Assembly: GCA_023138875.1 (NCBI GenBank)
Contig: JAGLOO010000064.1
Location: 9,196-73,195 of the forward strand
Direction: 5' to 3'
Length of the DNA: 64,000 nucleotides
Origin: Bacteroidales bacterium
GTDB lineage: Bacteria > Bacteroidota > Bacteroidia > Bacteroidales > GCA-2748055
The notes under the pieces are model-generated. The model searched no databases. It saw only the letters and a list, made by a program, of their open reading frames with translations, and had not been told where the DNA came from. A program made the translations under genes and the position numbers. Below, piece after piece: positions 50,965-61,553 of the stretch (the stretch's first letter is position 1; each line of letters starts with the position of its first letter).

Positions 50965-52306
50965 GCAATTTCGATTCAATATTGTCATTAGGGTACTTCT
51001 GCTTACCTCCACGTGCCTTGCCCTGTTCATCACCCTGAACAGTACCTTTACCTTTACGCCCATCCTGGTGGCTGGACTGATCATCTACCAGGTATGGTCC
51101 CTGATCCGGTACGTAGACCGTACCAACCGGGAACTGGCCAGTTTCCTGGAGTCCATCAGGTATTCTGAATTTACACGCTCTTTTCAGATCAGCGACAGTG
51201 GATCATCGTTCGATGAACTCAACGCGGCTTTCAATGATGTCATGAAAGATTTCCAGCAGGTAAGGGCCGAACGGGAGGAACACTTTCACTATTTGCAGAG
51301 CATTGTTCAGAATATCGACATCAGCATCATTGCCTTTCAGAGGGATGGAACCGTTGAAATGATCAACCCTGCCGCGAAAAAACTCTTCCAGATAAATACA
51401 CTTCGGAACATCAATAAACTGAGATCGCTGAGTGAAAATCTGGCAGACACGCTGCTGACCATCAATCCCGGCGATAATAAACTGGTAAAGGTTCAGGACG
51501 AGGACGACATTCTGCAGTTGGCCATTTATGCCACCGAATTCAAGGTGAAGAATAAAGTGATCCTCCTGAGTACCGTTAAGAACATTCAGAATGTACTGGA
51601 AGAACAGGAGACAGCAGCCTGGCAAAAACTGATCAGGGTACTCACCCATGAGATCATGAATTCAATTGCTCCCATCTCATCACTCTCTTCCACGGTGGAG
51701 AGCATGGTCAAACCATTCGCAGCGGGTGCAAAAGGAGCCGCGGATATCGATGTCGAAACAGTAAAGGAGATCCAGGGAGCCCTCCAGACCATCAACAAAC
51801 GCAGTACCGGGTTGATGAACTTCGTCGAAACCTACCGGAGTCTCACCAAGATCCCGGAACCCAACTTTGAAGTTGTGAAAATGCAGGACCTCATCAACAA
51901 CGTACACACGCTGATGAAGAAAGAGGTGCAGCAGAAAAATATCGGCCTCACCACCGGGGTTGAACCTGATACCATCGAAGTGCAGATTGACGAACAGATG
52001 ATAGAGCAGGTACTGATCAATCTTATAAAGAACTCCGTTCAGGCCCTGAAAGGTTGCCAGGAAGGGATGATCCAGATCAGGGGTTTCTACAACAAACGGG
52101 GAAGGCCCACCATCCAGGTCACCGACGACGGACAGGGTATCCTGGATGATGTCATTGATAAGATATTTATCCCCTTCTTCACTACCAAGCGAAGCGGGTC
52201 GGGCATCGGTCTGAGCCTGTCAAGGCAGATCCTCAGGTTACACGGCGGAACCATCACTGCGAAATCGAAACCCAACGAAGAAACCATCTTCACGCTGACC
52301 TTCTAA
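50954..52306 (+). CDS. Sensor histidine kinase (NtrY-like)
   Basis: 2 TM, PAS, LTHEIMNS, NLIKN, DDGQG, GSGIGL. Confidence 0.93.
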   Translation: MVFKQFRFNIVIRVLLLTSTCLALFITLNSTFTFTPILVAGLIIYQVWSLIRYVDRTNRELASFLESIRYSEFTRSFQISDSGSSFDELNAAFNDVMKDFQQVRAEREEHFHYLQSIVQNIDISIIAFQRDGTVEMINPAAKKLFQINTLRNINKLRSLSENLADTLLTINPGDNKLVKVQDEDDILQLAIYATEFKVKNKVILLSTVKNIQNVLEEQETAAWQKLIRVLTHEIMNSIAPISSLSSTVESMVKPFAAGAKGAADIDVETVKEIQGALQTINKRSTGLMNFVETYRSLTKIPEPNFEVVKMQDLINNVHTLMKKEVQQKNIGLTTGVEPDTIEVQIDEQMIEQVLINLIKNSVQALKGCQEGMIQIRGFYNKRGRPTIQVTDDGQGILDDVIDKIFIPFFTTKRSGSGIGLSLSRQILRLHGGTITAKSKPNEETIFTLTF

Positions 52307-52329
52307 AAGAAAATAATTATATTAATAGC

Positions 52330-53844
52330 ATGAAAAAACTCATTGGCCTGATCTCAATCCTATGCCTTGTCTCCTCCTCGGAAGCGCAACTGAAAACCTA
52401 TCTGAACCTTGAAGCAGGTCCCCAGTGGAGCATGATCAAGGTGGTGGATCCGGGTAACTATTTCACAGATGCCAACGTGTACAGTTCCATTGCCGGTATT
52501 ACCATCGGACAGGAGGTAATGCCTAACCTATCGGTCGTAACCGGAGTCTATTACCAGCTTTACAGGGATGGGATCAACATGATCGACGACCGTCCCCAAC
52601 AATCCAGGTGGACTGCTTACACCTCTTTGCTGATCCCCCTGCGGGCCGAATACAGGATACAATTGTCCGAATTCCCGGTCAGCCTTACCCCCAGGATAGG
52701 ATATATATATGGAATGTTTTCACAGCCTGAATACCCGTATGATGCAACCGGCATCCTCTCCGCCCCCGATGGAACGGCTATTTCCTATGACCTGGTCCAG
52801 GCCTTTGAAACCGAGCAACTGCATATGCTTGAAACAGGCATAAGTCTGGGCCTCAGGTTTTCCGGGTTTTGGCAGGCATCGCTCAATCTTTCCTACCTAA
52901 CGGGCTTTACCGAACCCATGTCCACTGCGCTGGACTATACCGATCAGGACGGAAACAATTATTCGGCTGTCTACCAGACAAAAGGGAATACCATTTATAC
53001 CACCCTTTCTTTCCATGTACCGGTGAGCAATATATGGCAGAACAAGGATTACCGGATCCGTTCGCGGATTGAAAACTCTGTGGGAAAGGGAAAACCCACC
53101 GACCGGAAGGGCCAGGTCTACATTGGAGCAGAGCTGGGATCACTCTGGCGCATTTTCAACACCACCAATCCTGCCATTGGTGCCAGGCCCATGGAGGGAA
53201 GGGGTATTTTTCAGTATGCCAACCTTCACACTGGTGCATATGCAGGATACATGTTCAGTGATGAGCTGGGGATTGATATCGGGGTAAACTACCAGCGATC
53301 GAGTACCTTCTATGCGCTCATGTATGACCATCAGGTAAATTTTGAAACAAAAACCCCTGCTCCCATGTTCCTGGAGGTACCACTGCGGATCAGGTATTTC
53401 TACAACCTTTATAAGGAAAAGCTCTTTTACGTGGTATACGGTGGAGCCTCCCTGCTCACACACTTTTCATCAGAAGACTATGGTTCGGGAGGTGGACCCT
53501 TCACATACACCTCACCCATAACCGGTAGTCCGGTTAACGCCTCCTCAACATACACTGTATCACGGACCTCACGCTTCACCCCGATGCTTCGCTTTGGTAC
53601 CGGTGTTGAATACGTCCTCCCCATGGAGTTTCCGTTGATAGCTACCATGTATGTCAATTACATGCATGGTTTCATCTCTTCCGATGCGATCTTCATTAGC
53701 AATACGGTTCCGGCGGATCCATCCGGGACTACCATCATTTATAACGGGAGTGGGTGGAGCGTTGACCTTGGTATTAAGGTACCATTCAGGTTCAATGAAA
53801 AAGGGAAATGCGGTAAGCTCCCTGAAAAAAACCAGCAGCCTTGA
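52330..53844 (+). CDS. Outer-membrane protein with two tandem small beta-barrel (PorT-like) domains
   Basis: Signal peptide; halves share GV.YQ, (I/V)PLR..Y, Y..GF and terminal VP motifs. Confidence 0.6.
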   Translation: MKKLIGLISILCLVSSSEAQLKTYLNLEAGPQWSMIKVVDPGNYFTDANVYSSIAGITIGQEVMPNLSVVTGVYYQLYRDGINMIDDRPQQSRWTAYTSLLIPLRAEYRIQLSEFPVSLTPRIGYIYGMFSQPEYPYDATGILSAPDGTAISYDLVQAFETEQLHMLETGISLGLRFSGFWQASLNLSYLTGFTEPMSTALDYTDQDGNNYSAVYQTKGNTIYTTLSFHVPVSNIWQNKDYRIRSRIENSVGKGKPTDRKGQVYIGAELGSLWRIFNTTNPAIGARPMEGRGIFQYANLHTGAYAGYMFSDELGIDIGVNYQRSSTFYALMYDHQVNFETKTPAPMFLEVPLRIRYFYNLYKEKLFYVVYGGASLLTHFSSEDYGSGGGPFTYTSPITGSPVNASSTYTVSRTSRFTPMLRFGTGVEYVLPMEFPLIATMYVNYMHGFISSDAIFISNTVPADPSGTTIIYNGSGWSVDLGIKVPFRFNEKGKCGKLPEKNQQP

Positions 53845-54455
53845 GTGTTGGTCCGCTCATACTAACCTGCCTGCTGATTGCCTTTCAGGACAGCAGCCTG
53901 AAGGTGGTCGATTTTGTGGACCTTCCGGGGAATTGGGGCAACAAGGAGAATGGCACCTGGTACATTGAGTTCAGGGAAACATGGATAGTTCATCAGGGCA
54001 AAGGTGGCATAATTAAGGTGGTGGACTCTTATATACCGCATAATCACATCGATCCGGAAGCTTCAACCGATTCTCTTCAATCGCTCTTTGCGGCTTGCAT
54101 CAGGGAGGAGACATCTGTAAAAGGGATGATAAATCTCGGAAACATCTCATACGAATTCATACTGCTGGACCCCCAGGCCAGGAGGCTCCAGGGGGAGCTG
54201 ATCGGGCTAATCACCTGGCGTTCGCCCGCCGCCAAACATTATAATCTGGAACAACAAATGCTCTCGGTCCATTTTCACGAAGTGTGGTTCATCAATCCGG
54301 TCTCCCTTCAATTCAAAAAAAAGGTGCGTGGAATTACCCCTGTGATCTGGCAGCGGAGAATGACAACCGATGGTGAACCCATCAATGATGCCGATACCGG
54401 TTTGCCCGTTTACTATAAGAATCGGCTTGAGCGTATTGAATTACGCAACCTGTAG
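53841..54455 (+). CDS. Hypothetical protein with duplicated GldN-like motif
   Basis: Two copies of F.E.W-x10-K.V-x4-P; TTG start overlapping upstream stop. Confidence 0.5.
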   Translation: MSVGPLILTCLLIAFQDSSLKVVDFVDLPGNWGNKENGTWYIEFRETWIVHQGKGGIIKVVDSYIPHNHIDPEASTDSLQSLFAACIREETSVKGMINLGNISYEFILLDPQARRLQGELIGLITWRSPAAKHYNLEQQMLSVHFHEVWFINPVSLQFKKKVRGITPVIWQRRMTTDGEPINDADTGLPVYYKNRLERIELRNL

Positions 54456-54610
54456 CCAGGTTTTATCGTCTTATTGTTATATAACCACCTAACCTGAATA
54501 ATTCATAAATTATTCTATTGCGAAACCAACCTACTGTGATAAAAGAAAATGCTCAATTTTTGATTCTCATAACGAAAACTTATGAATTAATCAGGCTAAA
54601 CATATCTGCA

Positions 54611-55852
54611 ATGAAAAAGTCATTTCTTATCATCGTTGGCGTTGCTGCCATGATGGTCTCATGGCCATCCTGCACCCAGCTTGAGGAGACCGGTAAACTG
54701 CAATTCGGTCTTGAGCTGTCTGACGATTCTGAACTAAAATCAGTAATGGCAGACCGCAATGTATCTGAGGCCCTGGTTTCCATCGCGGGTGAGAACGGAG
54801 CGTTGATCTTCGATAAGGAACCCCTGCCCATCTATAAATTTGGGGAGGAATACACCACCAGATCCCTGAAATTACCAGTAGGCGAATTCCTTCTCACCGA
54901 ATTCATGCTGATCGATTCTTCGGGTGTAGTGTTGTGGGCAACGCCCATGGAGGGTTCCAGGCTGGCCCACCTGGTCAGGCAACCCCTGCCCATTCACTTC
55001 GGCATCAGCCACGAACAAACCACCAGCCTGGATATACAGGTCATCCGGGTAAAAGATCATCCCCCGGCCGATTTCGGATATGTAAATTTTGACATTGGTT
55101 TTGTTGACAGGTTCTGCCTCAAGGTACTCTACTTGTCCCGCTGCATGGAAGACTGGAATGACTCCATCCTTGGACCCAACAACCCGGATGCTCCTATCCA
55201 CCAGCCACGATTCACCATGCACCTCGGAGACCAGCTGGTGGTGGACGAACCATTGAACCAGGGATTGAACCATTACGCTGTGCCCATGTTGTCTGACTGG
55301 TACCTTCTGAGTGCCACCGATTGCCACGGCCAGCTCTTCTATGAACAGAAAATCCATTTAAGAGAGCTGGTGAATCACCGTTGCACACCTGACTACCCTC
55401 CCCTTGTTATTTACCATGACCCGGATTCAGGGATCATCATTACGCCGGAGGGATTGCACGAGCCTACCATCAGGCAGGGAGTTTTTGGAAGCATTTCGCT
55501 ACCACTGGATAGTAACACGGTAACGAACGATCCTGATGTCTGGCCTGTCATCAGGGATATCTACTTTTACCCCTATGCCGTGTTGGATTCCATTTATACA
55601 TTTGCCCCCATAGACTGTTATTTCCCCCTGGAAATAATCCGGATGGACCCTGTAGCCATTGTCAGGTCCAACTCCGACGGCTACTTCCAGGTCCCACTGA
55701 AAGAGGGAGATTACCTCTACATGGTGAAAGAGGACGACAGGTATTACATTGATGCATACATCAGTTCCCATCGTCCGGGTCTGGTAACCGTTTTCCCTGG
55801 GGAGGTTACAGAGTTACTTATCCACATGGTTGATTGCTCCAAGTGGCAATAA
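54611..55852 (+). CDS. Hypothetical lipoprotein
   Basis: MKKSFLIIVGVAAMMVSWPSC lipoprotein signal; long ORF. Confidence 0.7.
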   Translation: MKKSFLIIVGVAAMMVSWPSCTQLEETGKLQFGLELSDDSELKSVMADRNVSEALVSIAGENGALIFDKEPLPIYKFGEEYTTRSLKLPVGEFLLTEFMLIDSSGVVLWATPMEGSRLAHLVRQPLPIHFGISHEQTTSLDIQVIRVKDHPPADFGYVNFDIGFVDRFCLKVLYLSRCMEDWNDSILGPNNPDAPIHQPRFTMHLGDQLVVDEPLNQGLNHYAVPMLSDWYLLSATDCHGQLFYEQKIHLRELVNHRCTPDYPPLVIYHDPDSGIIITPEGLHEPTIRQGVFGSISLPLDSNTVTNDPDVWPVIRDIYFYPYAVLDSIYTFAPIDCYFPLEIIRMDPVAIVRSNSDGYFQVPLKEGDYLYMVKEDDRYYIDAYISSHRPGLVTVFPGEVTELLIHMVDCSKWQ

Positions 55853-55872
55853 TGACAAAGTCTGGTTCATTT

Positions 55873-55909
55873 GGCGGGTTTTTCTATCTTTGGGGAAACC
55901 CGCCTTTTT
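55873..55909 (+). terminator. Terminator-like hairpin enclosing a -7 promoter element
   Basis: GGCGGGTTT...AAACCCGCC-TTTTT; loop contains TATCTTTG (55885-55892). Confidence 0.55.
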
Positions 55910-57697
55910 ATGACCAGGAACCAACTCCGCAGCAAATATTCCAAACGAATTGAACAGTTTCAATCAGCCATACGGCACCGCTCCAGGCTGATCAATTACA
56001 TTTCACTGCTCAGGCTTGTGGCAGGGGTGGCGGTGATTTATTCCCTGGTCCTGGGTATTAAACATCAGGGCTTCCTGTTTTATTCCATATCCGTCCTTAT
56101 GGCGGTCATATTTCTGATTCTGGTAAGCCTGCACAACAGGTACAGTGACCGGCGGGAACTGCTCAAACAGCTAAAATCACTCAACCAGACAGAGCAATCG
56201 TGCCTGGACCATCGCTATCATACACTACCGGATGGAGTGGAACATTCAGATCTTTCGCATCCCTGGTCCCATGACCTGGATATATTCGGACAAGGATCGC
56301 TTTTCCAGTACCTGAACCGGACGTCCACCATAAAAGGGAATGAATGGCTGGCCGGTATGCTCACCACAGAGCCGGAGGATGTTGAGGCGATCAAATCGCG
56401 GCAGGGGATCATTGACGACCTGAAGGATCGCATTGATTTCAGGCAAAACTTCACGGCACGCGGTCACCTGATCGAAGAAAAAAAAGATGACCTGCAGGGC
56501 ATTTCCAGCTGGTTGTCTGCAACAGCGTACATTAAAAAGAACCGGTGGCTGTTTTACCTGGCGCTGACAGTCAGTAGCATTGCTGTTGCCATCATCATCG
56601 CTGGTTTTTTCAATTCTTCGAATTTCAGGTACCTGCTGCCACTGTTGTTGTTCAACTGGATCATGCTCTCTCCCTTCTTCGTGCGCACCAACCACTACCA
56701 GGTATCCATCTCCAGGAAACACGAGCTCCTGGAAGGCTATGCCGAACTGCTGAAGATCATCTCCACAGAGCCGTTTCAACATCCCTCCTTGCACGTGAAG
56801 AGGGAGCAGGCACAAAAAGGGATGAAAGAAGTGGTTAAGCTTTCAAAACTGCTCAACATCTTTGACCAGCGCCTGAACATGCTGATGGGTTTGGTTTTTA
56901 ACAGCCTGTTCCTGTTTGATTTCATCATGATGCATCTACTGGAAAACTGGAAACATAAAAACAGGGAAAAGATTCTGGAGTGGATCGAACTTACCGCGTG
57001 GACCGATGCCATGATCAGCCTTTCCGGATTTGCGTATAACCATCCTGGATTTGCAATCCCCGAACTGGATGAGGAACAGGTTATTATGGAGCTTAAAGGG
57101 CTTGGCCACCCATTGATCCCCGATGAAAAGAGGGTGGTAAATGACCTCCGGATCGATGGTGAAAAGATAGTGATCATTACCGGGGCCAATATGGCCGGAA
57201 AATCCACATATTTACGTTCCCTCGGTATCAATACCGTGCTGGCTTATGCAGGATGTCCCGTTTGTGCAGAGCGTTTTACGACCCGACTCATGGGCCTTTA
57301 CTCCAGCATGCGCACCGCAGACTCACTCAGGGATGAAGAGTCCTATTTCCTTGCAGAGATTAAAAAACTGCAATTGATAGTTCGCCGTATGGAAACCGGG
57401 AAACCCCTGCTGATCCTGCTTGACGAAGTGCTGAAGGGCACCAATACGACAGACAAAAAGCGTGGTTCTGTTGGATTAATCAAGAGATCCCTTCAATACC
57501 CGGTTCGCTGCTTTATTGCCACCCACGACCTTTCCATGGGGGAGCTTGAAAAAGAGCATGGTGGTGAGATAGTGAACTACTGTTTTGAAAGTTATATCAG
57601 GGAACTGAATCTGGAGTTCGATTATACCATCAGGAAAGGCATTGCCACCAATATGAATGCCTCCTTTCTGATGAAGCAGATGGGGATCATGGATTAA
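55910..57697 (+). CDS. Membrane-anchored MutS-like ATPase (domain V only)
   Basis: TM helices; TGANMAGKST, SYFLAEI, LLDEVLKGTN, ATHD; no mismatch-binding domain. Confidence 0.9.
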   Translation: MTRNQLRSKYSKRIEQFQSAIRHRSRLINYISLLRLVAGVAVIYSLVLGIKHQGFLFYSISVLMAVIFLILVSLHNRYSDRRELLKQLKSLNQTEQSCLDHRYHTLPDGVEHSDLSHPWSHDLDIFGQGSLFQYLNRTSTIKGNEWLAGMLTTEPEDVEAIKSRQGIIDDLKDRIDFRQNFTARGHLIEEKKDDLQGISSWLSATAYIKKNRWLFYLALTVSSIAVAIIIAGFFNSSNFRYLLPLLLFNWIMLSPFFVRTNHYQVSISRKHELLEGYAELLKIISTEPFQHPSLHVKREQAQKGMKEVVKLSKLLNIFDQRLNMLMGLVFNSLFLFDFIMMHLLENWKHKNREKILEWIELTAWTDAMISLSGFAYNHPGFAIPELDEEQVIMELKGLGHPLIPDEKRVVNDLRIDGEKIVIITGANMAGKSTYLRSLGINTVLAYAGCPVCAERFTTRLMGLYSSMRTADSLRDEESYFLAEIKKLQLIVRRMETGKPLLILLDEVLKGTNTTDKKRGSVGLIKRSLQYPVRCFIATHDLSMGELEKEHGGEIVNYCFESYIRELNLEFDYTIRKGIATNMNASFLMKQMGIMD

Positions 57698-59064
57698 TGG
57701 AATTTGAAAGGATCATCACCGGATTCTCAGACCTGGCATGGGGTACCCCCCTCCTGGTGCTGCTGCTGGGTGGAGGTCTCTTTTTCATGGTCTACTCCAG
57801 GCTGCTGCCTTTCAGGTATATCCGGCACGCCATCGCGATCTTACTGGGAAAGTACGACAACCCTGATGAACCCGGCCAGATCAACCACTACCAGGCCCTT
57901 TCCACCGCCCTGGCTGCCACCGTGGGCATGGGCAACATCAGCGGGGTTGCCATTGCCATCACCATGGGTGGTCCGGGCGCCATTTTCTGGATGTGGATGA
58001 GTGCCATCCTGGGCGTTACCACAAAGTATTTTACATGTACACTGGCCGTCATGTTCAGAGGCCGGGACTCCAACGGGGAGCTTCAGGGCGGTCCCATGTA
58101 TGTGATCGTGGAGGGACTGGGTCAGCACTGGCGGCCCATGGCTGTCTTCTTCTGCCTGCTGGGAATGATCGGAGTATTACCCATGTTCCAGGTGAACCAG
58201 CTGACCCAGATCATAAGGGATGTTGTGCTGATCCCCAATGGCGTACAGGCAGGTTTTACTTCCAACCTGATTTCCGGACTGGTCTTTTCAGCACTGGTAG
58301 CCATTGTGATCTTCGGGGGAATTAAAAGGATCGGGAAGGTTACCGGTCGACTGGTACCCATCATGGTGGTGCTGTATGTAATTTCGGTTCTGTTCATCAT
58401 TTTTACCAATACTGACAGGATCATACCCAGCTTCGCCCTTATATTCAATGATGCTTTTACAGCTGAATCGGTACTGGGAGGATCGCTGGGAGCACTGATC
58501 GTTACAGGTGTAAGACGGGCTGCCTTTTCCAACGAGGCCGGGATCGGCACGGCCCCCATGGCCCACGGGGCAGCCAAAACTAACGAACCGGTACGGGAGG
58601 GACTGGTGGCCATGCTGGGTCCTGTCGTGGATACCATTATTGTCTGTACCATGACCGCCCTAGCACTGATCATCACAGGAGTTTGGAATTCAGGAGAGTC
58701 AGACGGCATCACACTCACTGCCGAAGCTTTCGAAATGGCCATGCCCGGGTTCGGATCTTACCTGCTAACCATCTCTGTTAGCGTATTTGCCATCTCCACA
58801 ATGCTGGCGTTCCCCTATTACGGAACCAAGTGTTTCGCTTTTATTTTCGGGGCCAGGCGCAGCTATCTGTATAAATGGTTCTATATCCTGACCATCCCGC
58901 TGGGGACTACAGCCACCCTGGGCATGGTCCTCGGTATTTTTGACGGGGCCTATGCCCTGATGGCATTTCCGACCATGATCTCTGCCCTTTTACTTTCACC
59001 ATCGGTGGTAAGAGCTTCCAGGGATTATTTTAACAAGTTAAAAAACAGGAATTGTGCTGATTAG
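57697..59064 (+). CDS. Alanine/glycine:cation symporter (AGCS)
   Basis: ATVGMGNI, GGPGAIFWMW, GGPMY, FSNEAGIG. Confidence 0.95.
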   Translation: MEFERIITGFSDLAWGTPLLVLLLGGGLFFMVYSRLLPFRYIRHAIAILLGKYDNPDEPGQINHYQALSTALAATVGMGNISGVAIAITMGGPGAIFWMWMSAILGVTTKYFTCTLAVMFRGRDSNGELQGGPMYVIVEGLGQHWRPMAVFFCLLGMIGVLPMFQVNQLTQIIRDVVLIPNGVQAGFTSNLISGLVFSALVAIVIFGGIKRIGKVTGRLVPIMVVLYVISVLFIIFTNTDRIIPSFALIFNDAFTAESVLGGSLGALIVTGVRRAAFSNEAGIGTAPMAHGAAKTNEPVREGLVAMLGPVVDTIIVCTMTALALIITGVWNSGESDGITLTAEAFEMAMPGFGSYLLTISVSVFAISTMLAFPYYGTKCFAFIFGARRSYLYKWFYILTIPLGTTATLGMVLGIFDGAYALMAFPTMISALLLSPSVVRASRDYFNKLKNRNCAD

Positions 59065-60458
59065 GATCCCAGTTTCTTAACCGCCCTCAGAAATTGCCTG
59101 AATGTCGCTGGCCTGGCCAGAATAGTCTGTTCACCGTCCAGTAAAAAAAGCGATGGTGTGGCATAGAGATAATAGTCACCCGGTACCCTGCCATTCCATC
59201 CCAGCGGATCATACGATGTGATCCATTGAGGACTTGATTCACTTACAAACGCCTCAAAAAACGCTGCTGAGGTATCAACGGAAATGGCAATAATCTCCAT
59301 ACCAATGCTGTTCTCCTGAAGATACCACTCATGCAAATCAGGGATCATTTCCTGGCAATGCTCGCAGGTACTGGCCCAGAACATAACCAGCACATAGCGA
59401 TTGCTGAGATGGGACAGTTGATGGTTCTTTCCATTGATATCCCTGATTACAAAGTCAGGAGCCTTCTGCCCCGCTGTCATCTTTTTGTAACCCTCCATTC
59501 TGGAGAGGACCAGTTCCACAATATCAGCCTCACAGGATTCATCCAGGTAATGGTCCGCCAGGTGCACCTGCACCTGTTCCATGCCAAGCAAGTCAAACCC
59601 TTCCAACATGAATTCCACCACAAATGAGCGAAGTTCAGGATCCGGTGACACATTGTCCATGATCCTGTCCACTGCTTCAATGAACTGCTCCTCCTGCTGA
59701 TCCATCGACAGGGTGTCCAATTTGAACAGGGATAGGTAATCAATGAGCTTGAAAGTATACACCGGTGCATACAATAGCAATGGATCATCCATGGCGGCAT
59801 GATCAAAGAAACAGGACTTCAAGGTGTCAATGCGTTCTATGTGGGACATTGATCCCGGAATGACAGGCGCAAGAAATGCATTCATGATCCGGATGGCATA
59901 AAGACCGGGATAGATGGCCGTCAGTGAATCCATAAACCGGGTCCGCTGATGTTGCAGTGCATCATACACCCGGACTGCTGAAACATGATCCGGATGGTCC
60001 GACTCGGTGGAATAGAGCTGGTTGTATTCCCTTCTAAGCTTATCCTCATAATCCAGTTCAAAGGCCATAAATTCGCTGTACACCTGGTTTTCCAGAGAAT
60101 TTTCAAAAAAAGGAACTGGGCCACCCTCGCCCGTCACCACTAATATTTCAATATCCTCCCGGTTATATATAAACTCAAAGAACCGGTTTTCTGACCCGAT
60201 CCCGCTGTAAACATCCGGGTATATGATCCTGTAAATACCTGCAGGCTCCTCTTGAGAGCGCATAAAATAGAAGGCTCCCGAACTGGTTTCCATGCTGTCC
60301 ACAATCCTGAAGCGGTCACCATAATAAGAAGCCAGATAAATCTTTCCCTCATCCACATGCTCAATGGTTCCCCGGATCATATTGGTCTGGCCGCTGAGCA
60401 TGGAAATTCCAGACAGAAAAAGGAAAAAAATGCAGAATGTGCGTCCCTGAATAGGCAT
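59061..60458 (-). CDS. TlpA/AhpC-TSA thioredoxin-like protein with N-terminal extension
   Basis: APDF, FWASTCEHC, ATP cis-Pro; signal peptide. Confidence 0.88.
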   Translation of the reverse strand: MPIQGRTFCIFFLFLSGISMLSGQTNMIRGTIEHVDEGKIYLASYYGDRFRIVDSMETSSGAFYFMRSQEEPAGIYRIIYPDVYSGIGSENRFFEFIYNREDIEILVVTGEGGPVPFFENSLENQVYSEFMAFELDYEDKLRREYNQLYSTESDHPDHVSAVRVYDALQHQRTRFMDSLTAIYPGLYAIRIMNAFLAPVIPGSMSHIERIDTLKSCFFDHAAMDDPLLLYAPVYTFKLIDYLSLFKLDTLSMDQQEEQFIEAVDRIMDNVSPDPELRSFVVEFMLEGFDLLGMEQVQVHLADHYLDESCEADIVELVLSRMEGYKKMTAGQKAPDFVIRDINGKNHQLSHLSNRYVLVMFWASTCEHCQEMIPDLHEWYLQENSIGMEIIAISVDTSAAFFEAFVSESSPQWITSYDPLGWNGRVPGDYYLYATPSLFLLDGEQTILARPATFRQFLRAVKKLGS

Positions 60459-60601
60459 TTCATCACTTCTAATCCGAATAATAATTAAAATTCGATGATT
60501 TTCAAAGATTTAGCATGCCTTTATTATCCATGAAGTTCGATCATTCTTAATGCCAGCTGTTTTGTATATTGCGGTACTTGAAAACCTTAAAAAACTGTCT
60601 T

Positions 60602-61387
60602 ATGAAACCGATTCACCTGATCCCCCTGTGCATGGTTTTGCTCATCTCCTGCAATCCCAATGCAAAGAAGCAGAAAGCAGACGCTCCTGAACAATGGATC
60701 CAGCTATTCAACGGGAACGACTTGGACGACTGGACCATTAAAATGAACAAGCACCCGCTCAATGAGAACTTTAATAACACTTTTCAGGTGAAAGACGGGC
60801 TCATGGTGACCAGCTATGATGAATACGACCAGTTTGATGCCGAGTACGGACACATCTTTTACAAAACCCCCTTTTCACATTATAAACTCAGGGTGGAGTA
60901 CCGCATCGTAGATGAACAGGTGCCGGGGGGACAGGAATGGGCATTTAAGAACAGCGGTGTGATGTTCCATGCCCAGGCACCGGAAGAGATGCTGGTGGAC
61001 CAGGCTTTCCCGGTGAGCATCGAAGCCCAGTTCCTGGGTGGCTCAGGTGAAGGAGAACGAACCACGGGCAACCTTTGTACACCAGGTACCCATGTGGTGA
61101 TGGATGGTGAACTGGTCACACAGCATTGCACCAGATCCACTTCAAAAACTTTCCATGGGGAAGAATGGGTCCATTTTGAACTGGTGGTATATGGAGACAG
61201 CATCATTCACCACATCGTGGAGGGAGATACGGTAATCTCCTATTCAAAACCTCAGATAGGCGGGGATCTGCCCGAAGGATTTCCTCTGACTGAAGGCACA
61301 CCCCTTACCTCTGGGTATATTGCCCTCCAGGCAGAAAGCCATCCTTACGAATTCAGAAAGGTGGAGCTGCTGGATCTGAGTAAATAG
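60602..61387 (+). CDS. DUF1080 (3-keto-disaccharide hydrolase-like) lipoprotein
   Basis: LISC lipobox, LFNGNDL, NSGV, GYIALQAESH. Confidence 0.9.
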   Translation: MKPIHLIPLCMVLLISCNPNAKKQKADAPEQWIQLFNGNDLDDWTIKMNKHPLNENFNNTFQVKDGLMVTSYDEYDQFDAEYGHIFYKTPFSHYKLRVEYRIVDEQVPGGQEWAFKNSGVMFHAQAPEEMLVDQAFPVSIEAQFLGGSGEGERTTGNLCTPGTHVVMDGELVTQHCTRSTSKTFHGEEWVHFELVVYGDSIIHHIVEGDTVISYSKPQIGGDLPEGFPLTEGTPLTSGYIALQAESHPYEFRKVELLDLSK

Positions 61388-61553
61388 CTTCCAGCCTTTC
61401 CTGCTCGATGGATGTCGGTGTGACTGCCTGTGTAATCCTCTACGCAACCCTGCCGGAGGATTTTACATCCTTACTGTGAGATTCTCAATACTAACCTGAC
61501 ATGGATAAGGATTTTTTATCCTAAAATCCATGTTGCCCTAAAACCCAAGTATC

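Noticed and set aside
55910-57697. Membrane-bound MutS as a novelty
   Set aside because: TM plus domain-V-only MutS homologues are a known widespread subfamily.
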